This document shows, in pieces, positions 39,761-53,242 of a DNA stretch of 64,000 nt. The DNA lies in assembly GCA_036785375.1 (NCBI GenBank), contig JAWMAR010000243.1, positions 248,001-312,000 on the forward strand. Reading direction: 5' to 3'. The DNA is from Leucoraja ocellata. Lineage: Eukaryota. The position numbers and the translations under genes were made by a program. Positions within the stretch are counted from its first letter, which is position 1. Each line of letters begins with the position of its first letter. The notes under the pieces are model-generated. The model saw nothing but the letters and a program-made list of their open reading frames with translations, ran no database searches and was not told the DNA's origin.

Positions 39761-42700
39761 TAGTCAGTTTGTTCAGCTTCAGAAAGCACCAGGGTTGAGC
39801 TCAATTCCATGCTTGTCCAATATTTATTGAATAGCCCCCAGGAATGGGAGCTCTGATTGATATTCCAACATAATTCAACAATCTCAGATAATGAATTTGC
39901 TTTGTTTAAAAGGTACCTATCTTTTTAATTCATTTCTGTTACCATTGCCTTTAACATTGCCTTCTCGTCATGTTTATCAGTTAATGTCTTTTTCTCTGCA
40001 TTCTGTAACAAACATTTTTATTCTTTCCTTCACTTTAACCAACCCTCTGCATCGTAAAATGTGACATATCTATAACTTGCAGTTCTGATCTTGAGGCTTT
40101 AACATATAACCTGTGTTTTTTTTTAATGATGATAATGGTACATGACCAGCACCTTTATAAAGATAAACTTCATTATTTCAATCTCTGGCCATGTGATGTG
40201 TTTATTAATCATGTGTACCAGCATCTTTTTGTCTCTCATAAAAGCACTGCATAAAACAATAGTTTAGTTTTTATTTTCCTCTCTATTGCTGCCTGACTTG
40301 CTGAATATTTTCACCATTTGCTTGCATCGGATTTCTAGCATTCACAGTATCTTGCCTTTATATAGTTTATTAATATCTTTGCAGCTGATGCGTATGTAAG
40401 TATGCGCACCATGCAACTCTGACGAGAACTGAATGTGATGTTATTTTGGTGATTATAGAGTGACAATTGTTCCAGGCAAGAGCACAAAGGAACAATGGCA
40501 TGGCGAACTTAGCATTAAAATTAGTCAAGTTTAACGCCTGCTTTTGCATTCAGCAGTCCCTGTTCATAGTAGCTTAATTTTCTTTTAGTACTTTGTAACT
40601 AAAGATTGTATCTGAGATGGTTGATTTTGATCAAAAAAGTATATTTATTTAAATTTCCAAAAGTATAATTTTGAGTAAGACGATCAGGTCTATATTTGTT
40701 GATATCTATTTGGATTTTCCTCTCAGCTTTGGTTAAAAGTGCTTTATCAGCTATATGTAACCGCACTGCAGTGTTTGAGATGACATCTGACAGTAAGATT
40801 CCCAGAGTAATAGAAATTAAATGGTGTCAGCTATATTCAGTGAGTAAATAGTACCTGGATTTTGGATAGAGCTATGGAAGTAAGATAATGCCCAAGTTGA
40901 ATTCTTGACCTCCAGTCAATTAATTGATATCAATTTGAACAACTTGAAGGGTTCTAGTTGTAATAGGGATTGCTAAGCCAGTTTGCTGTATTAGTGAGGG
41001 CAGACTTTGTCCTTTTTGAAATGTGTACAGCAGTTCACAATTGTTCTTTGTGTTGAGAAAATGGTGTTGTAGCTAGGTACAATAGTGACATTTAAGAGAC
41101 TTTTGGATAGGCACATGGATATGCTGGGAATGGTAAGGTGTGGATAATGTGCAGGCAGAGAGGATTGGTTTAACTTGGCATTGTGTGTGCCACAAACATT
41201 GTGGGCTGAAGGGCTTATGTTTGTATTGGTTTATTATTGTCAAGCGTACCCACAAGATAGGGAAAAGCTTTATCAACATGCTATCCAGTCAAATCATGTT
41301 ATACACAAGTTCAATCAAACCATACACAAATGCAACAGGGAGTGCAAAAGAAAAATACTAGAGTGCAGTATATATTGTTACAGCATTGTAGTAGTGCAGT
41401 TATGGAGACAAACGGCAAGGCCTGCAATGAGGTAAGTTGGCAGATTGGGACTATGCCCTAGGTTATGAAAGAGCTGCTCAGTAGTCTGATAACAGGGGGA
41501 AGAAGCTGTTCCTGAGTCCAGAATGGAGGGATATGGATCGTTTGCAGGCAAATCAAATTAGATTAACTAGGCATGTTTGGAACAGAAACTGTATGAGAAG
41601 CCTGTTCCTGTGCAGTAATGGCCTATATACTCTGGAAGGTATGTACACGTACATTAGCGTGCCTGAGAATGACATTAGTTTGAGGCCAAAGACAAATTCA
41701 GAAACACCTTGGGTGTATCAACATTTGCCACAAGGAGGATTTCAAGATCTATTTTGTAACTTATCGGAGATTGTGCCCTGTACTTACCTGAGGGCTGAAA
41801 ATGTCGGTTCCCAGCTGCTCACTGCCTGGAAAGTCTTGACCATCCGGGGGATGATTCTTAGCCAATGCTGCAGATGCTAGAACCGAGACAGCATCTCTGA
41901 AGGATATAAATAGGCAAAGAAGCGTCTCAACCAAACGTCACCTATCCCTGTCCTCTGGAGATGCTGCCTAATCAGTTGAGTTACTCCAACACCTTGTGTT
42001 CTAGGAAAGATCAGGATGGCTTAAACCCAAAGAATGAAGTAAACTAGTCAATGTGCTTGACTGATGAAAAAGACAGACTTTTATTTCTAATCCAAAGGCA
42101 TTTCTTGTGATGTGTAGATATCTAAGTAATTTGCTTCCAATGAAGTATTCTTTAAATGTGGTCATTATTGTAATGTAGAAAACAAGATGAGTCATCTTTA
42201 TGCCCGCTGTCTGCAATGTGATAACTGTTCCGTGTTTAATAAATCCATTTTGTCCAAAACAGGGATTTTGTTCTTTATTCATAACTGTGAAGTAAGATTT
42301 TTTAATGTTCCCCTGTTAGAGACCAAGACTTTGGTGCAACTTACTACCTGAATTGCGGCACTGTTATGCTGCCATGTTGAAGTGAGCCTTGCCCTCGCAA
42401 CCTTTAGATTGGAGAGGGCCAATGAGGATAGCAGCTATCCAACGTATTACTGGATTATTTGTTGATAGTTTCAACTAGGTTACCAGAGTTGTGCTTGGTA
42501 AAGGCCTGTGAGAGGAGATGCTTTCATTTCTCCTGCAGTTAATTATGTTCTTCCACTGCAGATTTCACACCAGCTCCGTGTGTCAACAGCAGCTATTTTT
42601 ATCGGCTGTGTTTTGCAGGGAAGTGCTGGCTTTTGATGACAGGATTAGTATGTGTGCTGAATAGGATGTTCTGTTTCCGTGAATGCTTTCATTTCAGGTC

Positions 42701-44145
42701 GACACCTCACATTTTCCTCGGTTACTTTCCCCAGTCTGACATTTAGGTTTTGGTCTAATGGCTTAATTTCTTGTTTGATCCTATTTGTACCTCTGTCACT
42801 ATAACTCTCCCTGAGATGTGCATGGAGTCGTCTTTTTCCTTTTGTGTGCAATCGCATCACCATGGAGTATTTCCTGGCGTGCAAACCATCCTGTGACCTC
42901 TCAAGTTTGGTGCTGATCTTGACCATTGGAAATTGAATTAAGAGAGCTCCATGCTCCAAAGCAAAGCCTCTGGGCGACAGACCAAGGAGATCAACCTTTG
43001 GGCTGACCCAGAGAAAAGACGAGCTTGCATTCTTTGGGCTTTACATGGCTTAAAAGCACAAGTAGAATGCGATGTAAATAATTTAGCTCCTTGTGTCTGG
43101 TCTCTCACTCGATTAGATTATAATGAATCTATCTTGGTGTCTTTCCTGCTCTAGCTGTCATTATCTTGAATAAAATCTACTGAGCCATTTAGAAGGAGTT
43201 CCATAGATTCACTGCTTGTGTTTTGGGATTGTGACCCTGGCATTTGGTATCCCAGCCAAAGGAAACTGCTCTACATTTATCTTGACAAGTTGCAAGAATC
43301 GTGTACTTTTCAATGATATCACCGTGAGGATATTTCGAAGAAGTTTGCAAGCTTTGCAATATTTTTGAAATTCAGACACAGTTGTATGTAGGAATTGAGG
43401 CATGTATTCTCTCAACAGACCTCCATAATATTATTGACCATTTGAGGAAAGAACAGTGTTGGAGGAACAGTGTTGAGGGAATGGATAGATGACTTTTTGG
43501 GTCAAGACCATTGAGCCCTGCAGAAGTGACCAGATCTAACATGTCATCAGTCCATTGCTCCCACAGATGCTGCCAGACCCGCTGAGTTCCTCCAATGCTT
43601 CATTTTGCTTGGGATTCCAGCGTCTAGCTCCTTGTATCTCCATTAATGTCCAATTAATGTGCTTGTTTGGCAATGTAGTATCGGCCTGGACATTGTGCTC
43701 AAAACTGGAATGCGGGTTGAATCTGTGAATTTCTTACAAAAAGGCAACTGTGCCTGCAATTGAACCACAGCTGAGAGGTCTTAAGCAAGTCACGAGCATC
43801 GTGTAAAAGAATGCAACTTCCATTTAATTTTCTTTTCATGAATGTAGCACTGCTTCCCCCAAAGAGATTGGGGCATAGTCATACGCAATGGGCAGAGGTA
43901 TTGAAGCCCACTGCGTCATTGCTGGCCATCAGACATCCAGCTAAGCATCCCATTGTCCAACTCTTGGCCCTCAGTCCTCATGCCAATGTGTTTCAGATGC
44001 TCGGATAAATGCCAGTTAAATGTTGAGAGAGTATCTGCATGTTGAGAGAGTGAGAGTAATGCATGCCAGGGTTCAACCATCCACTGAATAAAATACTTCC
44101 CCAAATCTCCCCCACTAAATCTCTTTCCTGTTACTTGAAGCCCTG

Positions 44146-44357
44146 CGTAGGAAAGAACTGCAGATGCTGGTTTAAATTGAAGGTAGACACAAAATGCTGG
44201 AGTAACTCAGCGGGAAGGAATGGGCAACGTTTCGGGTTGAGAAGAAGAGTCTCGACCCGAAACGAAGTCTTGAGAAGGGTCTCGACCCAAAATGTCACCC
44301 ATTCCTTCTCTCCAGAGATGCTGCCTGTCCTGCCAAGCTACTCCAGCATTTTGTATC
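44146..44357. mobile_element. Palindromic Penelope-derived element with degenerate 14-bp TSD
   Basis: tacttgaagccctg (44132-44145) and tacctgaagctctg (44358-44371). Confidence 0.7.
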
Positions 44358-44669
44358 TACCTGAAGCTCTGTCTCTGGTTATAAACGTCCTTGCTACTGT
44401 TAATGCTCTACTCTATTCCCCTCAAATTTTACATACCCGATCCCTCCAGAGCATGAACTGGTCACTATTCCACTGTTCATTAAAATCTCATGAGCCCATT
44501 TACCCTTATTGTGTCATCATCGCCTCTTGCCTTTGGGTGGGGCTTGGTGAGCTGATGAGTTGGAATGGGTCTGATAAGTCCCGTAAGGACGCCCCATCAC
44601 CAAATTCCAACAGCATGTAGCGGAGCCAAGGAAAACGCAAGGAACTGCTCATGCAGTTTAGAAAAAAAA

Positions 44670-45095
44670 AAGTGCTGGAGACACCCAGTGGTCAGGCAGC
44701 ATCTCCGGAGAACATGGATACGTAACATTTCAGGTTGTGACCCGTCCTCCTGATTGCAGTGGAGGGGAGGGAAGAAAGCTGGGAAAGGGGTGGGGTTTGG
44801 ACAAAGTCTGGCAAGTGATAGGTGGCCACAGGTTAGGGGCATTTGATTAGCAGGATGGTGGGCAAAATGTTAGTAATGAAAGGGTGCAAGATAAAGAGCA
44901 GTGAAATGTGAAGTCGGGGATTTAGGTGGAAGGAAATGGTTGGGGGGGGGGGGGGGGAAGAAGCAAAGGGGGGCACCCCAGAGCAGAGCACGGGGAAGAG
45001 AAATGGGGAAAGAACAGGGTTTAGCCTAACATTGGAGAATTCAATGTTTCATACCATTGGGTTGCAAGCTACCCAAGTGGATTATGAGTGGCAGA
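44670..45095 (-). mobile_element. Penelope-like element 3' end (GIY-YIG C-terminus and terminal repeat)
   Basis: - strand LIIHLGSLQPNGM.. followed by attgaattctccaa resembles the Penelope HLIFRLGTLQP.GMNIEFSNF terminus, then the same repeat seen in the short copies. Confidence 0.65.
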
Positions 45096-46010
45096 GCCAT
45101 TATCTTCAATGGAATCCTGCACAGAATAATCACTCCCACACATTCATTGTGTTTATTTCTAAGAAATTTATTATCCCAAGCCAGCACAAGATAAAACAAG
45201 GCAGAAAATTGATTTCTGTACATGATGAGAAACAAGTACCATAGAATTCTCTTTTATCTATTATAAAATAGAACTGTCACTGAAAGGTTATGTACAAGCT
45301 TGAACTTCAAAATATTTAATTATTTACACCAAAGTTATTTACATACGCTAACTGCCTCCTAACAGTTGAGTTCAGTGGACATTGATTCATTCCCAAGCTG
45401 GGAAGCATTGTAGATGGATTGACATCTGTTGGGATCTTTCCAGCTCCTCACTTTTATCTCTCAGCTATGAATGTAAACACTACTCTCTAAGCCCACTGTC
45501 CCAATGCCCCCCCTTCCCTGTTTTAAGTTTATTGATCCATTCATGTGTCCGTAGGATTGGAATGGAAGCCTAGTTCACAAAATAGAGCAGGTTGATCTGA
45601 CTTGACAAACTGCCTATTACTAATATCTTCAAGCAACTGATTCTATGTAACATCACTGTACTCAGACACATACATATTGGATTAAAACACGGAGTCACTT
45701 CGTTGCTGCCCACACACAGCTAACACTACGGGGCAGCAATTACATTTTTTAATAAACTCCCCTTTAGTCAACTGTAAAGTGAGACTAAGACCAAACCATC
45801 ATTTGAATATTCACATTTTACAGCTTTGATCGCATACTGGAATCTTAACCAGTTATTCCTTAAATATGAGACTCCAGGCCAGAGCAGAATCTGTTTATTC
45901 AAACATCCAAGATGCCACAGTAAACATTCTGTGTTGGTAATTTTCCTTCTGCATGTCTTAGATTCTCTCTTCCTGCAAAGGCTGTAGCAATCTAAACTGT
46001 TCGTCTGCTT

Positions 46011-46014
<4 letters not shown>

Positions 46015-46096
<82 letters not shown>
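46015..46096. repeat. (TG)n microsatellite
   Basis: About 40 uninterrupted TG units. Confidence 0.98.
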
Positions 46097-46100
<4 letters not shown>

Positions 46101-46582
46101 CGCGTGATGCAAGTTTCTAATATTGACAATCTCTGGCTGCATTTAAAACTCAGATTTAATTTTGTCTTGAAATCTAATTAGCTCTTTAAGACTTGGACTC
46201 TTTCATTCATTTGACAATTTGACAATTTGACATTGATTGTCCAGATAACGTGCTTACAAAAACCACAACTTGATATTACACGTAATGTTATAAATGGGCA
46301 AGGATTCACACCTGTAATTCCACACAAAATTTCATTTGTGCCACCAAAAGAGGGGTTGGTTAGACTATGGAAAGGAAAGTCAGGGGTGCTGAGACCAGAC
46401 CAGTTCTTCTTTGCCAGAAGAGGAAAGCAATGGGAAAGTTAGCCAGATTGGTGTTGGAAGATTGGAACTAGAGAAGGTTTCTGATTGTGAGTCTTTGAGC
46501 AGATCTTTGTCGAGGAGACCAGCAGAGTATCAACACCCTCTACCAATGCAGGGTCATTTGAAAAGAGCTGATTTTTTCCTAG

Positions 46583-46615
46583 ATATATATATATATATAT
46601 AAATATATATATATA
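46583..46615. repeat. (AT)n microsatellite
   Basis: atatat.. with one interruption. Confidence 0.9.
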
Positions 46616-49299
46616 GTATTTAGTTTTATAAAAGTATGACTTTTCTCTGAAGTCAGTGGCTTCAGTCTTTTTATTTCAATGAACAGTTCAGTTCACCCAA
46701 ATGAGTTTGGAGCATTTAAAACAGCCCCCATGCCTTTGCTAAGTGTTTCAAGGGAACTTGGTTCAACTTTGTCACATCACTCCATCTCTTCAATGTGAAC
46801 TTTCGTTTCCCAGCTTTTGACTCTGAAGAACAGACACACAATAGTTAGTGAAAGGGAATGAATTAGTTTGAAGCAAAATCCTGCAATTGTCAGTTTTGCC
46901 CAAATTACATTATACGATATTGACATATGTTGATCATACAATTGTGATTTTTAAGACGCATGAACAGATATATGGATAGGAAGGGTTTAGAGAGCTAGGT
47001 GCCAAATGCAGCAGGCAAATGGGACAAGTCCAATACGCCAACTTGGTCAGCATGGAGAAGATGGGTCGAAGGGCCTATTTCCATCTTGTACAGCTGTATT
47101 GTCTATTGTTAGGGAAGAAGTATTGCATGTACGTTACATTTCTCTCGAGCACAGTGACTTTTGTGGCCAGCCTCACCACTGTTTTGTGCACAGTGACTCT
47201 TGTGATAGAGATGAGATGAATGACCATTTCACCATGAGATCTTCAGCCTTGTTTATCTGAACAGGCATTCTCTGCTCTGGAAAATAATGTGGCTTAATGG
47301 TATCTGCATGAGAACTGTGTTCCAGAGTGTTAATGCTGACATGTAGCAATGCTGTCAGTCAAACTCCTGGATCTTCCGCTCAGACCATTGGAGTGTATTC
47401 ACAGCACATGTGGGGCCTGTTCACATAAATGGTGCATCACCATCTTCTTAGCACAACAACCAAAAAGGCAGTAAATAAATGCCCTCAACATCCACATGAC
47501 GAGACTGAAACATCTCTAGCCTGAAAATTGGAAATGACTGAAATACACTGATAATTAGCTCTTATCAAAATTTTATTGCACTGATTGTGGATGATCAGCC
47601 ATGATCGCATTGAATGGCGGTGCTGGCTCGAAGGGCCAAATGGCCCACTCCTGTACCTATTGTCTATTGAAATAAAAGAAATAGCAAATCTAAAGCATAA
47701 AATGAATTTTATCACTGATTACACCAATATAATGGGCATTTTTAAATATTTTTAAACATTTTTGATAACATCTGCAACATATTCCACAGCAAGCTACCAA
47801 CAGGAAATGGCGGGTACTAGGCAGTTTACCTTTGGACACTTTAGATGGGTGGTCTTTGGGTAGATATGCGCCAAACTGGAGGAAATGATGGAGGGTTAAT
47901 GTTAATAGTAACAAATCCAGGGTGCTACTGCCTCACAGGTGGGTGGCACAGTTGGTAAAGCTGCTGCCTCAGTGCCAGAGACCCAGGTCCAATGCTCCCA
48001 CCCAACACTGAACATTTTGTAAAATGCTTGGGTTTTTCCATCCCCACCATGGGGTATGTGAAAGAAAATAAGTTGCAGCAGGAAGTAAGGAGAAAGAATG
48101 TAATTTTTAGGATTTTCTCCTTGGGGTCGACACGTAATAGCCTCCTGTGTTTTAATATATTTTGGGTTTTAGTGCATGGTTCAGAAGGCTTGTGTGTTTA
48201 TCCTCCAGCACAATAGTTGACAACAATAGCTAAATTGATTATCAGAAATGCTTTTGAGGGCCACACCCCTCAACAAGGCGATGGTGAACACCTGTGCTGC
48301 ATTCCTCATGCCATCCAGCAGTTGAGCTCCCACTTCCTGCAGTTTTCCCGAAATGACACTGGAAGCCAGCATACTGAATGTGTACTAGAACTGGTTCAGC
48401 AAGCATATCCATTTTAATAGTCAAATAGCATGGTATGAGAGACATGGAACTGCAGATGGTGGAATCTTGTGTAGAACGCACATAGTGCTGGAATAACTCA
48501 ACGGGTCAGGCAGCATCTGTGGAATACATGGAAGGGCGATGTTTTGGGTCAGGACTCTTCCTCAGAATCAGACTCTGAATTAGACTCTGAATCAGACTCG
48601 CTGTGTGAAGATGGGTCCCAATCTGAAACATTTTACTTAAGATTTCAGCATCTGCTGTTCCTTGTGCAGACAGGCTGGTGAACTATTGTTATGTCCTTCA
48701 TGAACATCCATTGTCAATCATGACAGAACCTCATCCATGCAGAGCTGCTGCAATGTAATCATTGGTGCGGTCAAATGAGCACAAATAGTTCTGTTACAGA
48801 GGTGAACCAGAGGGCTTTGTATCATGGCCAAAATCAGCCCACAAGTTGAGTGCCCTGCAACATGGTCCTTCTTGAGAGGAAAACTGGATGGAAGTGCCAT
48901 GTGCTGACAGCAGGTGGTGCTGTACTACATTTGTCACACAGGTTAGTACTGCCACCCACTGATCACATTTGGCTTTCACAACCAAGTCTGAAGCCTCGTT
49001 GGTGCAGCTCTTCCCAATGCAATATTTCCTTCATTTTTCCTCCTTTTGAAGATGATGAACTAAAGCTGGGAGAAAACTGATTTTAAGTTGCAGAGAAAGG
49101 GAGGAAAGGAAACAATGCAAAGATGGTTGATAATAGCTGGAAGGCTCCCATCCGTCACAGAGCAACAGCTGTCTCCTCTCATTCCCCACCCACACCATTC
49201 CCTGCACTTTAAAACATTTTATCTTTAACTTTTTACAGCTCCAATGAAATGCCATAGACTCAAAATATTAATTTCCTCTTTATCCACATGGCCTGGCAG

Positions 49300-50095
49300 C
49301 ATCTAGGAGAGAGAGTTAATCCTAGAGCAGAACTCGCCACTTCTGATGCAAACAGGAATCAAATTATCTGAAATGTCCAGATGGAAGGTGAAGTGTTGTG
49401 TCTCGAGCGGGTGGAAGTAATATCAGGATAACTGAAAGGTCTGGATGTAAATCGCAATACATCCTCTAAGACCGATTCCGAAAGGGAAGTGAAGAGTCTG
49501 GGATGGTCCTTGAGACATTGAGAACCGTAAAATGTGGGCAGCAAAACTAACTAAATGGTTGAGTTCTTTGTGTCCAGTAGGCAATACTGACGCGGGTGTC
49601 ACCGAATGAATAAAGGGGTGAAGGAGGCGCTGGGAGGTGAGTACGGAGTTCCACAAGTTCAGATTTGACTGAGTGAAAGGGTGGCAATATCGAGATGATG
49701 GATGGGAAGGGATGCTGAACATGGATTTGTGGTGGGGCTCGAAGTGAAAGGAGCAGGATGGAGAGTTGGGGGTCAGAGGAAAGTGAAGGTGTGGGGAGGA
49801 GTTTGGGAATTGGAGGACTGTAGAAATGTGTGATCTGAAAGGAAGGAATTGTGTGGCAGCAATGTGTGCGCTGGAGGCAAGAGGGGAACTGTCCTGCAGG
49901 GCTCAGAGAGGGCAAGTCAGTGCTGTTACAGAGGTCAGGAATATGCATGTGCTGATATAGGCCATTAAGCTTGGATCTCAGACAGTGGATCTCGGCCATT
50001 AGCTCTCTCCCACCACAGTGCTTCCAGACCTGCTTGGTGAGTCCGACAATTTGTGTATCTATTTCAGATTCCAGCTTCTGCAGTTTTTTACTTTC
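49300..50095 (-). mobile_element. Highly decayed Penelope-like RT fragment
   Basis: - strand ELNHLVSFAAH..LRFS, SLPF and YPDITST resemble Penelope RT EL..FINF..FHP.LKFT..SLPFLD..YLDY.SSHP; adjacent terminal-repeat-like sequence near 50020-50090. Confidence 0.4.
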
Positions 50096-50470
50096 CAGTA
50101 ACCTTGTTCATGTGACCATTTTTTCTCGTTAAAGATATTTCCCAGCAACCATCATGCTCTTGAACACTAGTCAGCATTAGCGTCAACAGCTATGATTTTC
50201 TTTGAGCTGTGTTTCTGGTTGCATTATAAAATTTGGGTTTTGCATTTTTGTGGTGACCCCATATTAGTTATTTATTATATTATTGGTGATTACATATTAT
50301 TATGGACCTGTTAAACTGCAGCAAGTAAGAATTTAATTGTTCCGATTTTGATACACCTGGCAATCAAACGCTCTTGACTCTTGTCGCCTTTGGTGGCTGG
50401 ACGAATGATCCGAGTCAAGTGTGTGCAGAGCCTTACGTTTGCAAAGGATTAACGTGAATATAGATGCAAG

Positions 50471-50702
50471 TCATCGTTGTTTTTTAACTGACCTTGATCT
50501 TTTAAAGGAGAAGTTGGTTTTCCTCTTGCTAGCTTTGACTTTTCCACGATTCCTGACGCCTTCCTGCTGGTCCATGAGCAGCAGCAGAGCGGCCTGGTTT
50601 CCCCTGTTCAGGGGCATGATGGAGATGTCACGGACTGCTCGGAAGTGGCCACAGTTGTTCAGATGTTCGTTCTCCAACCGGAAGAAATTCCAGACAAATC
50701 GT
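50471..50702 (-). CDS. XPR1: XPR1-like exon with C-terminal cytoplasmic region and in-frame stop
   Basis: [32 protein letters not shown]...[10 protein letters not shown]...KKQR*; ctgcag acceptor; 3' boundary uncertain (alternative donor AG|gtcagt near 50491). Confidence 0.85.
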
Positions 50703-52277
50703 CTGCAGAGAAAAATGTGCAAAGTTTAAATACAGCAGAACACTATTTACAAATGAGCCGCAAGTGAGCGAGGTGGAAAATAAAATAGTACAGCACAGGA
50801 ACAAGCCCCGTGGCCCACAATGTCTACGATTCAATGTCAATGAATATGATTCTAATTAAAAATTTCCTCTGCTTGCTTGTGACCCATTTCCCTCAATTCC
50901 CTGCGTATCCATTTGCCTATCCAAAAGCCTCTTACACACCACTCTTGTATTTGTCTCCACCACCGCCTCAAGGATGCATTCCAGGCTCCCGCTACCCTCT
51001 GCATTTATGTATTAAAAAATCTGCCCCACATGTCTCCTCTAAACTTTTCCCCTCTCACCTTAAAATTAGCATTTGACATTTCCAGCCTGGGGAAAAAAAG
51101 TTCTGGCACTCAACTCTATCTATGCCTCTCAAAACTTTATATGATAGTTTCCGGTCTCTCCTAAACCTCTGTTGTTCTGGAATAAATGTTTGCACTGTAT
51201 GTTTTATCATCTCATTTCACATCATTCCACCTCAACCCAAGTATATGGACAGCAAGGGTTTAGAGAGGTAAGGGTCAAATGTAGTCGAATGAAACAAGCC
51301 CAGTATGCTAACTTGGGTGACATGGACAAGGTGGGCCTGAGGGCGAGTTTGCATGCTGTACAGCTGTTTCTAACCCTTCTGATTATTATCATTAACTCTC
51401 GATAAAAGCATTATTAGTCAAAATGGTGGTGATTGGGGAATTCCTCACTGCTGGAGAACATATTGCTATAAATTATTGCACCAGGTTTGTACTAAGTACA
51501 CTATTATCCCCTTATTGGGATTCTTTTGGGAGCTATTAAGGTCAGCATGGTGGCACAGCGATAGAGTTGCTGCCTTACAGTGCCAGAGACCTGGGTTCAA
51601 TTCAGTGTACATATATATGAGTAAAGGAATAACATGAATAACGTTTAGTGCAAGATAAAACCAGTAAAGTCCAATTAAAGATAGTCTGAGGGTCTCCCAC
51701 AAGGTAGATAGTAGTTCTGAACTGCACTCTAGTTGTAGTAGGATGTCAGTGAATATTTCCTCAACTCACCTACAAATGAAAGGGATGTCTTTGATACAGC
51801 TTTAGGATATGGTTATGTAATGTACTAATATCAGAACATTGACTCCCACAGTTGTCCAATTTGGGGTCAGAATGTGGAGAGGATGTTTCTACTCGTGGTA
51901 GAATGTAGGACCAGAGGCCATAGCATAGAATAAAGGAGATGAGAGGAATTTATTTGGTCAGAGGGTGGTGAATTAGTGGAATTCATTGCCGCAGATGGCT
52001 GTGGAGGCCGTCAATGGATATTTTTAAGGTGGAGATTGACAGATTCTTGATTAACAAGGGTGTCGTGGGTTATGAGATGAAGGCAGGAGAATGGGGTTGA
52101 AGATGGAAAGATAGATTAGCCTTGGCCTAATTCTGCTCTTAGAATTTATGAGAACTAATGAGAATAGGACATTGATCTTAAACGTATATGAATGTGATAC
52201 AGCATTTCCTGCAGCAGTCACAATCATCGTTCCTGAACTTAACTTCCTATGCCTGTGGGAATGACATTGCCTCTTAC

Positions 52278-52414
52278 CTGAAGACCTCCAGTGGAGCCAG
52301 GGTAGTGGAGATGATTTCCGCCACCTCCGATTGCTTTGTGTTAGTGAACAAGATGTTAAGAGCCCAAGCAACACGAAGTATCACATCCTGAATCATGGCA
52401 GCATAGTAGTAGAC
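52278..52414 (-). CDS. XPR1: XPR1-like exon (EXS domain)
   Basis: VYYYAAMIQDVILRVAWALNILFTNTKQSEVAEIISTTLAPLEVFR; cag/gtaaga; 137 nt; not in ORF list in this frame. Confidence 0.92.
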
Positions 52415-52878
52415 CTGGTTGAGCAGAGCGAATCCAGTTTAAAATTGGTTCTCAAAGTGGAAAGGACTGACACAGTTATAACTGGTACACTGAAATATCT
52501 GGCCTATGCTGATTTATGCTCCACTTAAATGTCTGCCACCTGACAACTGGTAACTCTACCAATGTAACCCAATGCGTTTTCCATCCGTATCCATTGAGCT
52601 TTTACCCTTTTATGAGCAGGTCAGGTGGGCAATCCAAGTGTTTTCTGAGAGCTACTCGAGTTACTGAGAGGTCATCTATCTGATGATGGATCGCCCATGA
52701 GTCCAGCTGCAGAGCAGTTTCCCCAGTTATATTGCAGGAGACTCTTCTTGCTAAACCTGTACCAATTGAGTTTGATGGTTCAGAGGAAGAGAGGCAAGTT
52801 TCAGGTCACATTTTTTTGAATATATTAATGTACTTAATTGTTAAGATCCTTTGTCTTTTGTATTGTTTCAAGTGTTTT

Positions 52879-52934
52879 AATTATTCGTTATACTTTTGGA
52901 GAAATTAATTATTCGTTATACTTTTGGAGAAATT
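52879..52934. repeat. Perfect 28-bp tandem duplication
   Basis: aattattcgttatacttttggagaaatt x2. Confidence 0.95.
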
Positions 52935-53242
52935 GCCAGCCGTCAATGTTTTATTTTAGTTGTGAGAGAAAAGCATCTCGATGGTTTTTCCCGAAAGGTT
53001 TTGACTTATTATTGTTACGCACACTGGACCTAGATGCAGTGTTTCGCATGCTATCCAATCAGAGCACCAAACCGTAGTGCACTGTTCAGTGCTTCCCCTG
53101 AAGCAGCAGCACCCTCTGGTGGGAGTCTGAGACAAAGCGCTGGACATGGAGCGGCAATGTTTCTGGTCGGACCTTTGTTACATTTTTCTCCCATCTTGTG
53201 ATCTCTAATTCATCAGCGTTTTCTCTTTGCAGTTCAGAGTGA

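Noticed and set aside
42645-42959. 104-aa - strand ORF between the two genes
   Set aside because: No recognisable family and no partner exons found; TMEM250 and UBAC1 sequences were not recognised anywhere in the window.
44063-44620. 185-aa ORF (and the 167-aa ORF at 57458-57961)
   Set aside because: Span Penelope-derived repeats; chance open frames.
46440-47280. Candidate terminal exons for the XPR1-like gene (acceptors near 46580 and 47278)
   Set aside because: No frame resembles the XPR1 last-exon peptide; cannot be supported without transcripts.
48563-48600. Short tandem repeats (gaatcagactct x3) as a possible CRISPR-like array
   Set aside because: No unique spacers; simple slippage within a repeat element in eukaryotic DNA.
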